Assembly (NCBI GenBank): GCA_964555185.1
Contig: CAZKRD010000001.1
Location: 124,265 to 188,264, forward strand
From: an uncultured Candidatus Saccharibacteria bacterium
Lineage (GTDB): Bacteria; Patescibacteriota; JAQUNI01
Direction of reading: 5' to 3'
Length of the DNA: 64,000 bases
The position numbers and the translations under genes are program-made. This document shows positions 29,157-38,851 of this stretch, piece after piece. A model generated the notes under the pieces. That model searched no databases. It had not been told where the DNA came from and worked only from the letters and a program-made list of their open reading frames with translations. How positions within the stretch are numbered: position 1 is the stretch's first letter; every line of letters starts with the position of its first letter.

Positions 29157-29678
29157 CTATATTTTCAATCTTCTTGCCAATCTCTCTCCATTTGTTTCCT
29201 CGGTTTTTTCTCCGTCTTCCTCGATGTAATCTAAAAGGAGATCGCGGATCCTCAAGGGGTCTTGGTCTTGGATTTGAAGAGAGACCTGGGGGAACAGGGT
29301 GCTTGTGGTTTTGAGATTTAAGGTCTTTGCCGGGGGGTCGTAGATAATCCAGAAATTCTCTATGTTTTTATAGGGATAGAATTTTTTTCCAAATCTGATT
29401 CCTTTTTCCGTGAGCTTGATTTTTAAAACCAAGGGCTCTTTCTTGTGGAGAGTGTAGATCACAATAGCAAAGAGGACAACAATAATGATTAAAAGATAAT
29501 TGCGCATCCAGATACTCGCTCCAATCAAGAGAGCGGCGATGATCCCAGCGCCAATAAACCAGCCGCGGCTTTTCTCCTGTTGTTCGTATTCCGGCGCTCG
29601 CCAGGACATTAAGGCTTTGCCGTCGTCTGTTTGGGAAGGATTTTGGTTTAAGGGTTCAAAGTTTTGTTTCTGATCCAT
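29157..29678 (-). CDS. Conserved CPR-type two-TM protein with PH-like C-terminal domain
   Basis: W.APEY...KS.GWF, two TM helices, FYPY..I..FWI. Confidence 0.7.
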   Translation of the reverse strand: MDQKQNFEPLNQNPSQTDDGKALMSWRAPEYEQQEKSRGWFIGAGIIAALLIGASIWMRNYLLIIIVVLFAIVIYTLHKKEPLVLKIKLTEKGIRFGKKFYPYKNIENFWIIYDPPAKTLNLKTTSTLFPQVSLQIQDQDPLRIRDLLLDYIEEDGEKTEETNGERLARRLKI

Positions 29679-29704
29679 AATTTTGTTGGTTTTTAGAGCT
29701 AATT

Positions 29705-30013
29705 TTAGATAAAAAACAATAAGCTGATTATTGCTGTTATTAGATTGGCAATAAAGGATAGAAGCAGCGCTTTTCTGTATTTTATTCCTAAAAGCAGCAT
29801 TAGCAAAATACTTTCAACAAGGAAGATAATAAGTTCAATCGCGATAAGGTTGGGCCAGAGATTCTGATAGAGATAAAGAGCAGGGGGGTGGGTCGCGAGA
29901 TTAATCAGGAAAGTATAAAGGAGGAGTTTCTGTGGTTTTTGGCGGACAAAGATCCAGAGGATAGCAAATTCCAAGATCACAGTGAGGATAAAGGCAATAA
30001 GATAAGAAGACAC
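29705..30013 (-). CDS. Small polytopic membrane protein
   Basis: 102 aa, four hydrophobic segments, NLATHP motif. Confidence 0.7.
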   Translation of the reverse strand: MSSYLIAFILTVILEFAILWIFVRQKPQKLLLYTFLINLATHPPALYLYQNLWPNLIAIELIIFLVESILLMLLLGIKYRKALLLSFIANLITAIISLLFFI

Positions 30014-30017
30014 GGAA

Positions 30018-30638
30018 TTATTTTTTTCTCTTTTTTAAGACAATAATCACGATGATGATTACGGCAATAAGCGGGAGGCCAAAAATCAGAATAAAGGAGA
30101 GCCATGATTTTGTTTTTTTCTGAGAGGGAGGAGGCAGATTGCCGTCTGCGTCAGCTTGTTTTTCTTCGGTCGTACCGTCTTTGTAGGTATAGATTACTTT
30201 AGTTTTTCTAATTTCCAGCTGTTCGTTATTGACTCCCTTGATTTCCCAGACAATCTCGACTTCTGTTAATGAGCTTCCAGAAGAGATTGGGCTGTAAGGG
30301 TTCAGTTCGGCGCCAGATGGGATCAGTTTGGGATTTTCTTGGAAATAGAGGTCTGCTTCTGTTTCTAATTCGCTTTGATCAAAATCTTCTTTTGCTACCG
30401 CGTAAACCGTGTTTTGGCTTAGCTTATAGAAGCTTAAGCAATCATCAGGTTTTAAGATGCCAAAACCAGTAACCGGCCGGCCATAGAAAAGAAAGACATA
30501 GTCTGGATAGTCGTTGAGATTGGCAACGCGGTGGCAGGAGCTGACGCTTTTTTGTCCCGGCACCATAACATCAGCAAGGACCAGGGAGGGGACGAAAATC
30601 GCGGTCAAAACAGCGAGGATGATAATTTTGTTTTTCAT
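30018..30638 (-). CDS. Secreted protein with C-terminal TM anchor
   Basis: Signal peptide VLA-D, C-terminal TM followed by KKRKK. Confidence 0.75.
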   Translation of the reverse strand: MKNKIIILAVLTAIFVPSLVLADVMVPGQKSVSSCHRVANLNDYPDYVFLFYGRPVTGFGILKPDDCLSFYKLSQNTVYAVAKEDFDQSELETEADLYFQENPKLIPSGAELNPYSPISSGSSLTEVEIVWEIKGVNNEQLEIRKTKVIYTYKDGTTEEKQADADGNLPPPSQKKTKSWLSFILIFGLPLIAVIIIVIIVLKKRKK

Positions 30639-30657
30639 AAATTTTTGTTTTAGTGTA

Positions 30658-30751
30658 TGGCGAAGAGGGAGGGATTCGAACCCTCGAAAGGACTATTAAG
30701 CCCTTTAACGGCTTAGCAAGCCGCCGCTTTCAGCCACTCAGCCACCTCTTC
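30658..30751 (-). tRNA. tRNA-Ser(GCT)
   Basis: GAAGAGG acceptor, CGGC-TT GCT AA-GCCG anticodon arm, long variable arm, GGTTCGAATCC, encoded CCA. Confidence 0.95.
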
Positions 30752-30772
30752 TTCTAAGGTATTGAGATCAAA

Positions 30773-31795
30773 TTAAGCATACTTTGTTTTGCCGGTGTTG
30801 ACAATGAGTATTTTTTTGTCACGGGGGAGTTTGTTTTTTAATTGCAGCAGGAGAGCAAGGCCGGCAATGCCTGATGGTTCACATTCTATTTTTTGTGAAT
30901 TAGCGAATTTTATTGCCTGATCTAGGTATTTTTCTTTGACAATCTGGACATTAGATTCCGGGCCGCAGAAGGAAGCTTGGCGGTAGAATCTGATCCATTG
31001 CTCGTCAAAATGGACAAAAGGGAGGTGAGGCGAATAGAGCTTGTCTGCTTTGGATTTGGGGTCGTTTGTTGTAGCACCAATAAAATTACATTTCCTTAGA
31101 ATTCCGATATCGCCTTGAAACCGTGGATCGTGTTTTTCACTAACAACTTCTTTTTTATTGATGTTCAGAATATTTTCATAAAGATTGCCCGTGCCAAAAG
31201 GGATAAAACAGTATTCCGGAGAATTGTTAATGATTTCATAGCTTAACCAGTCATAAAAGCGGGTAGCAGGATCCAAAGCCATATTTGAGGTGATGTCATA
31301 GCCGTTTGGATTTTTGGTTAGCTTTAAAATTTTTTTCCAGTTTAATGCTTTTTTGCTTAAATCAGTTTTGTAAATTTCACAGTCGATTTTTTTTAGATAG
31401 GTTAAAATTTTTGGATTCAAATTAAAATCAACCAAAACCTTTAGGGCGGGGAGTTGGTATTTTGTAAGTTGAGTTTGAATCGCGATTGCGGCTGAACCAG
31501 AGGAGATTAAAGACATTGGAGGCAGGGGATCATCCACTAGCCCCTTCTTTTTTGCGAGCAAGAAATCGCGGTAAGTAACAACTATTTCCCAAGCCATCCG
31601 GTCTTTGTGCGTGCCGGTCGGATTTTTACTTTCATCTTTTAGCCAAACATTAGAAAAACCAGCGACTTTGATTTCGTAAGTAGGGGTAGCAGGGAATTTT
31701 GGATTGTCTGCAGGAAACTCGGGTTTTTCCGGATCATTCTCCGAGGCAACTTTAATTGATTCTAAGATTTTTTGTTCTTTGGAAGATAGAAGCAT
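30773..31795 (-). CDS. PLP-dependent fold-type II enzyme (threonine synthase/dehydratase-like)
   Basis: WLKDESKNPTGTHKDR (PLP Lys), SSGS, PFGTG, CEPSGIAGLA, VNTG. Confidence 0.8.
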   Translation of the reverse strand: MLLSSKEQKILESIKVASENDPEKPEFPADNPKFPATPTYEIKVAGFSNVWLKDESKNPTGTHKDRMAWEIVVTYRDFLLAKKKGLVDDPLPPMSLISSGSAAIAIQTQLTKYQLPALKVLVDFNLNPKILTYLKKIDCEIYKTDLSKKALNWKKILKLTKNPNGYDITSNMALDPATRFYDWLSYEIINNSPEYCFIPFGTGNLYENILNINKKEVVSEKHDPRFQGDIGILRKCNFIGATTNDPKSKADKLYSPHLPFVHFDEQWIRFYRQASFCGPESNVQIVKEKYLDQAIKFANSQKIECEPSGIAGLALLLQLKNKLPRDKKILIVNTGKTKYA

Positions 31796-31849
31796 TTATC
31801 GTTGATCTATAATTTTAATATTATTGACCGTGAATCCGGAAATACTCTC

Positions 31850-32010
31850 TGTCTATTAGCGAGGAGCGACCAGAGGGAGCGACAAAGCAATCTCATAAAC
31901 AGCAAAAATAAGCCATTTTTATTTCTTGGAGATTGCCTGCCTGCCGCCTGCCTGCCGGTAGGCAGGGTGGGCAGGCTTCGGTCGAGCAGTAGCCCTCTCT
32001 CGCAATGACA
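31850..32010. repeat. REPIN-like element with doubly nested CCTGCCTGCCGGTAGGCAGG insert
   Basis: Left arm ..GCGAGGAGCGACCAGAGGGAGCGAC..GCAATCTC; right arm GAGATTG[40-nt insert]CTTCG..CTCGCAATGACA. Confidence 0.85.
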
Positions 32011-32150
32011 TTTTGCGAATTTTCGAATTCACGATATTGAGGCTTGCTTTTTTGAATCAGTTTAGTATAATACAGAGAAGTTCTTTTTGACAAAATATGT
32101 TTAGATTTTTAATTATCTTTGTAGTGGTTCTTCTACAAAAGGAGGTTGTG

Positions 32151-32474
32151 ATGCCAAAAGCATTAGCGCGATATCAACCTGGCTTAGAGGTTGAGATGAG
32201 TTGCTATCAATCTGGATGTGAAGATGTGTCGATTCCTGTGACTCTGGGCGGCGAATTCCCAGTTCATCCAGATTTTGTAGTCACATATAGCCTTGGAAGC
32301 ATGCATCGGGATGAGGGGACGGCAGCGAAGGGTTTCTCACTGAGTGAGCGTTTTGGCGGTTCGGGCTACTGCAAGTGCCCAGGATGTAATACTTTGTTTG
32401 GAGCAGTCGTGATCATTTCCAATGGGAGCGGCAAACCGGCTTCAATCTTTGGTTATAGTCCGGAGCCCGCATAA
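32151..32474 (+). CDS. Small hypothetical protein (Cys motifs)
   Basis: AAGGAGG RBS before ATG 32151; CYQSGC and CKCPGC. Confidence 0.55.
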   Translation: MPKALARYQPGLEVEMSCYQSGCEDVSIPVTLGGEFPVHPDFVVTYSLGSMHRDEGTAAKGFSLSERFGGSGYCKCPGCNTLFGAVVIISNGSGKPASIFGYSPEPA

Positions 32475-32700
32475 TGAACATTCCGCGAGATTGTTCACCA
32501 GTGGATTTATTGTAATATCACTGGTTTTTTTATTCGAGCAAAAAGCATTTTAAAAGTATAATAACTGACGAAGGCGGTGGGTGCAGGATTCCCACCCTAC
32601 AGGTGGTCATCCAGAAAGGGTGAGAATCTGTTGTGTGTTGCGGCGCCTTTTGGTTAAAATTCGAACCTATTTTCAGGAAAATTCCGATACCGATTTTTAA

Positions 32701-32731
32701 TCTACCCGCCCGCCTTCGGCGGGCGGGTAGA
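32701..32731. terminator. GC-rich hairpin at the island end
   Basis: tctacccgcccgcc-ttc-ggcgggcgggtaga perfect stem. Confidence 0.65.
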
Positions 32732-32881
32732 AAATCCGTTTCAAAAATTCGCTTCGCGGATTTCCGTCTCGGCAAAAAATTTTGTTAAGATAAAATTGTT
32801 TAAAAGCAATTTTGGAAATTTCAAAAATCTTTTGATATTTCTTTCCAAATTTCATTTTTCGTAAACAAAAATATCACCACT

Positions 32882-34177
32882 TCAAAAATTGACTTTTGGG
32901 GGATTGCTCAAAATGATTTTGGGTAAACTCGGCATATATTTTCGTAAAACCTCTGGAACTTTTACGCTTCCATCCTCCTGTTGGTTATTTTCAATTATTG
33001 AAATTAAAAGTCTAGGTACGGCAAAAGCTGTTCCGTTTACAGTATGAACAAAGTTTAATTTACCCAATCTGTTTCTACAGCGAATATTTAATCTTCTTGC
33101 TTGAAAATCAGTACAATTTGAAGTTGAATGGGTCTCACGATATCTATTTTGAGATGGTATCCATGTTTCGATATCATATTGGCTAGCCGTAGGCAATGCC
33201 ATATCTCCACTACATATTTTAATTACACGATAAGGAAGTTTTAATGCTTCCATTAACTTTTCTTCTATTTCTAGAAATAACCAGTGCTCTTTTTTTGAAT
33301 CCTCCGGTTTGCAAAAGCTAAACATCTCAATTTTATCAAATTGGTGAACCCTAAAAATCCCTCTTGTATCTTTTCCATAAGAGCCACTTTCTCTGCGAAA
33401 ACAAGTGGAAAAACCTAAATATCTCTTAGGAAGTTCTTCATTATCAAAAACCTCGTTGGAGTGCATTGCACCTATAGAATGTTCTGCTGTGGCCACTAAA
33501 TATAAATCATCTTGAGGTAGATAATATGCCTCCTCTTTACCAGAATGTTCTAAATATCCCATTCCTCTTTCCATTTCTGATTTTAACATTGCCGGTGGAA
33601 TAATTGGAATAAATTTAAATTCTTTAATTAAAATATCATAAGCCAATTTTATTAAAGCAAATTCCAATAAAACTGCTTCCTTCTTCAAAAAACTAAATCT
33701 TGTCCCAGAAATCTTTGCTGCTCTTTTAACATCAATTATGTCTAATTTTTCACCAATCTCTAAATGGTCTTTTGGTTTGAAATCAAATTTTGGCCTCTCT
33801 CCCACCTCTCTTAAAACTACATTCTCTCTCTCATTTTTTCCTATTGGAACATCCTCTTGAGGTAAATTTGGGACTTGAAGTATTAAGTTATTAATTTTTT
33901 TTTCAAGAATTTTTAGAGTTTTATTTAATCTATCACTGTTTTTATCTAATTCTCTCATTTCTAAGATTATTTTTTGTTTTTCTTTCTCATCTTTTATTTC
34001 GGAAATTTTTTTTGAAGCTTTATTTTTTTGAGCCCGCGTGTCTTCCAAGGTTGGAATTATTTTCCGTCTTTTTTTATCAAATTCTAAAAGTTGATCAATA
34101 TCAACCATAACCTGCTTCTGTTGACAAGCACTTTTTACTTTATCGAGATTCTGACAAATAAATCTAATATCTAACAT
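32882..34177 (-). CDS. serS: Seryl-tRNA synthetase (island-borne)
   Basis: MLDI N-terminal coiled coil, TAE (TxE), motif 2 FRRESGSYGKDTRGIFRVHQFDKIE, HTVNGTA motif 3 region. Confidence 0.95.
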   Translation of the reverse strand: MLDIRFICQNLDKVKSACQQKQVMVDIDQLLEFDKKRRKIIPTLEDTRAQKNKASKKISEIKDEKEKQKIILEMRELDKNSDRLNKTLKILEKKINNLILQVPNLPQEDVPIGKNERENVVLREVGERPKFDFKPKDHLEIGEKLDIIDVKRAAKISGTRFSFLKKEAVLLEFALIKLAYDILIKEFKFIPIIPPAMLKSEMERGMGYLEHSGKEEAYYLPQDDLYLVATAEHSIGAMHSNEVFDNEELPKRYLGFSTCFRRESGSYGKDTRGIFRVHQFDKIEMFSFCKPEDSKKEHWLFLEIEEKLMEALKLPYRVIKICSGDMALPTASQYDIETWIPSQNRYRETHSTSNCTDFQARRLNIRCRNRLGKLNFVHTVNGTAFAVPRLLISIIENNQQEDGSVKVPEVLRKYMPSLPKIILSNPPKVNF

Positions 34178-34243
34178 AAATTAATAATAACAAAAATAAT
34201 GAAATAAGAGTAGTCCCCTTAATTATTTGTCATTGTTGTATTT

Positions 34244-35248
34244 TTAGGAATAAAATTTTTCTTTTATATACTTAGGTAGTATTCCAAATCTCCAAAAATC
34301 ATAATATTTTTGCTTATGACAAAAACCGGTATAATTTCTGTTTAATTTTTCTAAAACTATTTCTTTCATTAATTTCTTTCTTTCTTTTAGGGTTTTATTC
34401 CTAAAATCCCTCACGTATTCTAATCTAATAGCACAATTAGACACAAGTCCTTCTGGGTTCACACGAATTTTTGTACATTTTTCTCGGTCACAACGATAAT
34501 TTGCAGAATAATTTGGGTTAACTCCGTATATTCCTTTTAATCCAGAAATTCGAAAATATAAGGATTTAGGGACATTTCCTTTATTCTCAAGGGGAATTAA
34601 ATCTCCGTATTTTTTAAGACAGTTTAATATTTCATATATCGAAACAAAATTTTTCTCAAAAATTGTAATATCTTCATCATATATCTGACCACAAGGAACA
34701 AGTTCTAAAAATCTAACTGTTAATTTTCCCTGAAATTCTTCAGTAAATTTAACAAAATCATCAATCGTACTAAAATTATTTTTAGTTATAACACAATTAA
34801 TTTTAGTATTACTGTATAATTCTGTGGCTTTTTTTATAGAGTCTATAACATAGTTGAATCCGTCAACGCCACAAATATTTTTATATTGATTTCTATCTAA
34901 AATATCTAAACTCAAATTCACCCTTGTAATGCCAGCTTCTTTTAATTTATCAGCCATTTTATAATATAAGATTCCATTTGTCGTTAGGTGCTGTTGTCTA
35001 ACGCCTAAAGCTTTCACATTTTTAACAAGGTTTATAAATCCTTCTCTAACCGTCGGTTCCCCACCAGTCCATATTACTCTTTTAATTTCTGTCGAAGCCC
35101 CCGCTTCTACAATTTTTAATAGATCTTTATCAGATAATATATTGGGGTTAGGATTCCTTTTGGGGTTACAATAATTACAATTTAGATTGCAAGCGCTAGT
35201 CGCAGAAATCCTTAACGTATAGTTATTCTGTAGTTTAGTTTTATTCAC
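34244..35248 (-). CDS. MoaA-like radical SAM enzyme
   Basis: LRIS.T..CNLNCNYC, TGGEP, TTNG, RVNLSLD, RFLE, C-terminal C...C.KIR..PEG....C. Lacks the terminal GG motif of MoaA. Confidence 0.85.
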   Translation of the reverse strand: MNKTKLQNNYTLRISATSACNLNCNYCNPKRNPNPNILSDKDLLKIVEAGASTEIKRVIWTGGEPTVREGFINLVKNVKALGVRQQHLTTNGILYYKMADKLKEAGITRVNLSLDILDRNQYKNICGVDGFNYVIDSIKKATELYSNTKINCVITKNNFSTIDDFVKFTEEFQGKLTVRFLELVPCGQIYDEDITIFEKNFVSIYEILNCLKKYGDLIPLENKGNVPKSLYFRISGLKGIYGVNPNYSANYRCDREKCTKIRVNPEGLVSNCAIRLEYVRDFRNKTLKERKKLMKEIVLEKLNRNYTGFCHKQKYYDFWRFGILPKYIKEKFYS

Positions 35249-35264
35249 AAATAGTCTTAAGTGA

Positions 35265-36470
35265 TCAAAATTTATTATTAAGAATCATATTAGTGAATTT
35301 TGTATAATTTGAATCCGGCACCATCCAAAAAAGATTCTCAAATTCCTTTAAAATAATTAATCGAATGGTTTCTTTGTTTTCTTCGTTCATTTCCTTACAA
35401 GTATTAATGCTCACGATTTCCGGCATACTGATTGGATTACCCAGTCGGCTTAATATACTAACTTCTACTGATAATTTATTATTAAATCTCTTAGCTATCT
35501 TTTTAGCTAAATAAAAGGCTAACAAATTATATAATTTCCCAGTATTATAGACTGGATTTTTTCCATAAATCACCTCAAAACTTGTTGGCCTGTAAAAACT
35601 AATTAGCCCCGACACTCTATTTCCTCGGCCGACAGAACCTTTATCATGCTCTGCTGCTGTTCCTGTTAATGTTAAATAAACTTTTTTTTCTTTTTTATTG
35701 TCTGCAGCGTTAATAACTAGTTCAACTTGCTGCTTAATTTTCTTTCTAACTAAAGCTAATAGTTTTTCTTTAATTTTTTCTTTCAGTAAAAAATATTCAT
35801 TTATATTCTTTATTTTCTCCCCTAAAAAAGCGATGCTGATAATAATCTGAATTTTCCTTTCGCTATCTTTTTTTACTACCATCACCTTTGTATCTTTACC
35901 GATTGGAAATTCTTTTATTAATTTTTGGGAAAGATTTTTCTCAATATCTAATGTTAAATTTTCTACTAATGTATATGGATAAAAACCAATTCCAATAGCA
36001 GTGTCTTCGGAGATTGGTAACTCTCTGCTTTCAAAAAACTTCTTATTTCTTATAGAATATATTCCAATATTAGATTTTATCTTAAAGACCCTTAAAATTT
36101 TATTGTTAAAAATACTAGTAAGTAATTTTTTAGTTGAGCTAACAGCTATTTTATTGATTTTTTTACATTCTTCTTGTGAAATACAAGAGGCTTTTCCGGA
36201 TATTGTAATCTCTCCTGGCTTTATAATTTGACCTTTGCCAAAATTAATTTTGATTTCTCCACCATTTATTTCAACTTGGTCAACATTGAAACGATATATA
36301 GCTCTATATTTATTCTTGTAATAATTACAAATATTTCGGCAGGTGAATTCGGCAATTTGGTCCGCCAAAGAATCAGGGTGACCTATTCCTTTCTTTTCTA
36401 CAATCTCGATTTTCTTTTGAGATAAAGATGAACTTACGGTATTTATAATAATATCAAATGGATACTCCAT
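35265..36470 (-). CDS. Archaeal-type S-adenosylmethionine synthetase homolog (divergent)
   Basis: EKKGIGHPD, KDTKVM, YLTLTGT.AE, GSVGRGNR.SGLI, GKNPV..TGKLYN. Confidence 0.85.
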   Translation of the reverse strand: MEYPFDIIINTVSSSLSQKKIEIVEKKGIGHPDSLADQIAEFTCRNICNYYKNKYRAIYRFNVDQVEINGGEIKINFGKGQIIKPGEITISGKASCISQEECKKINKIAVSSTKKLLTSIFNNKILRVFKIKSNIGIYSIRNKKFFESRELPISEDTAIGIGFYPYTLVENLTLDIEKNLSQKLIKEFPIGKDTKVMVVKKDSERKIQIIISIAFLGEKIKNINEYFLLKEKIKEKLLALVRKKIKQQVELVINAADNKKEKKVYLTLTGTAAEHDKGSVGRGNRVSGLISFYRPTSFEVIYGKNPVYNTGKLYNLLAFYLAKKIAKRFNNKLSVEVSILSRLGNPISMPEIVSINTCKEMNEENKETIRLIILKEFENLFWMVPDSNYTKFTNMILNNKF

Positions 36471-36475
36471 AAAAT

Positions 36476-37315
36476 TTAACCTAAAAACTCATTATAAATT
36501 CTCTCGAAGTCCTGAATTAAATAGGCTGATTTTTTTAATCTTGATATACTATGAGCATCACTACCAATTGAAATTTTATTTCCGCCCATTTTTATATACT
36601 CATTAATTATACCCACAGAAGGATAAGTTTCACCCGTATCTTTAATCCCAGATAGATTAATCTCTAAACCAATGTTATTTTTTATTAACTCTCTCAAAAT
36701 AGGTCGTATATATATTATAGCTTTATCAAAATGATAATTCTTAAATTTTTTCTTTAAAAAGTCTAGGTGAGCAATATAATTAAACATCCCCGATTTTATT
36801 GCGGATAAAATATTTTCAAAATATGCCGAATATAATTTTTGCTCGCCATATTTATTAATGAATGGCTGTAATTGATTTATAAAACCTACGTGTATATATC
36901 TGTTTGATTCTGGTAATGCCGAACCGCAAACATAGTGACAACTTCCTAAAATAATATCTATTTTATATTTTGTAATACACTCTTTGATTTCATCTTCGTA
37001 TTCTGTAAAATAATCTACTTCTAATCCCTTTAATATTCTTACTCGAAATTTTTCTTGCAATACCTCTATATGTTTAAAATAAGTTTTTAAATCTATTGTT
37101 TTCCTACCATCTTTAGGGATTAAACTTTCTTCGGGAAATAAGGTATCATGATCTTTCTCACTAATTGGTTTAGGATACTTTATTAATGGCCAAATAAAGT
37201 GTTCAGTAATTGCTATTTCCTTAAATCCAATATTCTCAGCCGCAGCTATTATTGATTCCAAATCATCTTTTGTATGATCCAGAAATCCAGAATGTATATG
37301 ATAATCCTTCTTCAT
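36476..37315 (-). CDS. PHP-family phosphoesterase (HisJ/HisK-like)
   Basis: DYHIH, ITEH, GLEVDY, GSCH, AHLD, GSDAH; likely start ATG 37315. Confidence 0.88.
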   Translation of the reverse strand: MKKDYHIHSGFLDHTKDDLESIIAAAENIGFKEIAITEHFIWPLIKYPKPISEKDHDTLFPEESLIPKDGRKTIDLKTYFKHIEVLQEKFRVRILKGLEVDYFTEYEDEIKECITKYKIDIILGSCHYVCGSALPESNRYIHVGFINQLQPFINKYGEQKLYSAYFENILSAIKSGMFNYIAHLDFLKKKFKNYHFDKAIIYIRPILRELIKNNIGLEINLSGIKDTGETYPSVGIINEYIKMGGNKISIGSDAHSISRLKKSAYLIQDFERIYNEFLG

Positions 37316-37384
37316 GGATTTTATTATAAATAATAATCTCCCAAAAGTCAATTTTTGAAGTGGTGATATTTTTGTTTACGAAAA

Positions 37385-38851
37385 ATGAAATTTGGAAAGA
37401 AATATCAAAAGTTTTTTCTCTATGCGAGAAAATCAACGGACACGGAAGAAAGGCAAATTCGAAGTCTTGACGACCAAATAGCTGAATTGAAAGAACTTGC
37501 GAAAAAGGAAAATATAGAAATCGTGAAAATTTTCATTGAAAAACAAACTGCCAAAGAGCCGGGCAGACCAATTTTTAACGAAATGTTATCTCGTATAGAG
37601 AAGAATGAAGCTGAAGGAATTTTAACGTGGCATCCAGATCGCCTTGCCAGAAATTCTGTTGACGGCGGAAAAATAATTTGGCTTTTGGATATTGAAAAAC
37701 TAAAAGAGCTAAAATTCCCGACTTTTTGGTTTGAAAATACGCCGCCGGGAAAATTTATGCTTCAGATTGCCTTCGGCCAGTCAAAATACTATATTGATAA
37801 TCTTTCGGAAAATATCAAAAGAGGAATAAGGCAGAAATTAAAAAACGGGCTTTGGCCGCAAATGGCCCCGCTTGGATATTTGAACGACAAAAACACAAAA
37901 TCAATCGTTGTTGATCAAAATAAAACCCGCTTCATCAAAAAATCTTTTGAATTGTATTCAACCGGAAAATTTTCCCTGCGGCGCTTGTGCGAGACAATCA
38001 ATAATCTGGGATTGATCGGAAGAAAAAATAAAATGTTGAGTATCTCAAATTACCAATATTTTCTCAAAAACCCGTTTTATTGCGGACTAATCAGATATAA
38101 CGGGGAATTATACGAAGGAAAACACGAACCAATTATTGCAAAGAAACTTTTTGATAAAACGCAGGAAATAATGAAAGGGAAAAGCAAACCGAACAAGAAG
38201 AAGTTAAAGTATTTTGTTTTTCGCGGGTTTATCCGTTGCGGGGAGTGTGGTTGTTTAATTACCGCCGAGAATCAAAAAGGGCATAATTATTACCATTGCA
38301 CCAAACGAAAAACAAAATGCTTTCAAAAATATGTCCGCGAGGAAAATTTAACAAAACAAATAAACGAGCATATTCAAAAAGTTTCTTTGCCTGATGACTG
38401 GGCAAACAATATACTTGCCGAGATAGACAAAGAAAAAGAGCAAGCGAGAGAAGAAACGAAAGTTTTTATTCAAAATCTCCAAACTCAAAAAGTGGAAATT
38501 GAAAGCAAGGCCGAGAACCTGCTTGATTTGTTTATCGGTGGCAAAGGCATTGAGCCAGAAGAATACCAAGCAAAAAAACAAAAACTGCTTAACAAGAAGC
38601 AGGATATTTTAGGAAAAATAAAAATGATTGAAAAAAAAGGCAATACTTAGCTTGAACAGATGAAAGACATGATTTTAGCCAGTAGCCAAGCCAAAATTCT
38701 TTTGTCGCAGAGCGACAATCAAAAAATCCGAGCATTCCTAAAAAATATCGGCTCGAACTTCATTTTGAAAGATAAAAAATTCCAATTTGCGCTTAAAATT
38801 GGCTGGCGAGCGCTCGCAGAAGGCGAGCTAACAAAAACATTTCCCGATTGG
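37385..38851 (+). pseudogene. Large serine recombinase with premature TAG at 38648-38650; the frame continues into the tRNA
   Basis: YARKST, DRLARN, recombinase and Zn-ribbon (CGECG..C..C) domains. In-frame continuation GNT*LEQMKDM...FPDWRWVQDSN. Confidence 0.85.

Noticed and set aside
34244-35248. Calling the radical SAM gene moaA or viperin outright
   Set aside because: It lacks the MoaA C-terminal GG and Moco neighbours, and it has a C-terminal Cys cluster unlike viperins. Left as MoaA-like.
38648-38650. Pyrrolysine or recoded TAG
   Set aside because: TAG terminates many normal genes here and there are no pyl genes; a nonsense mutation is simpler.
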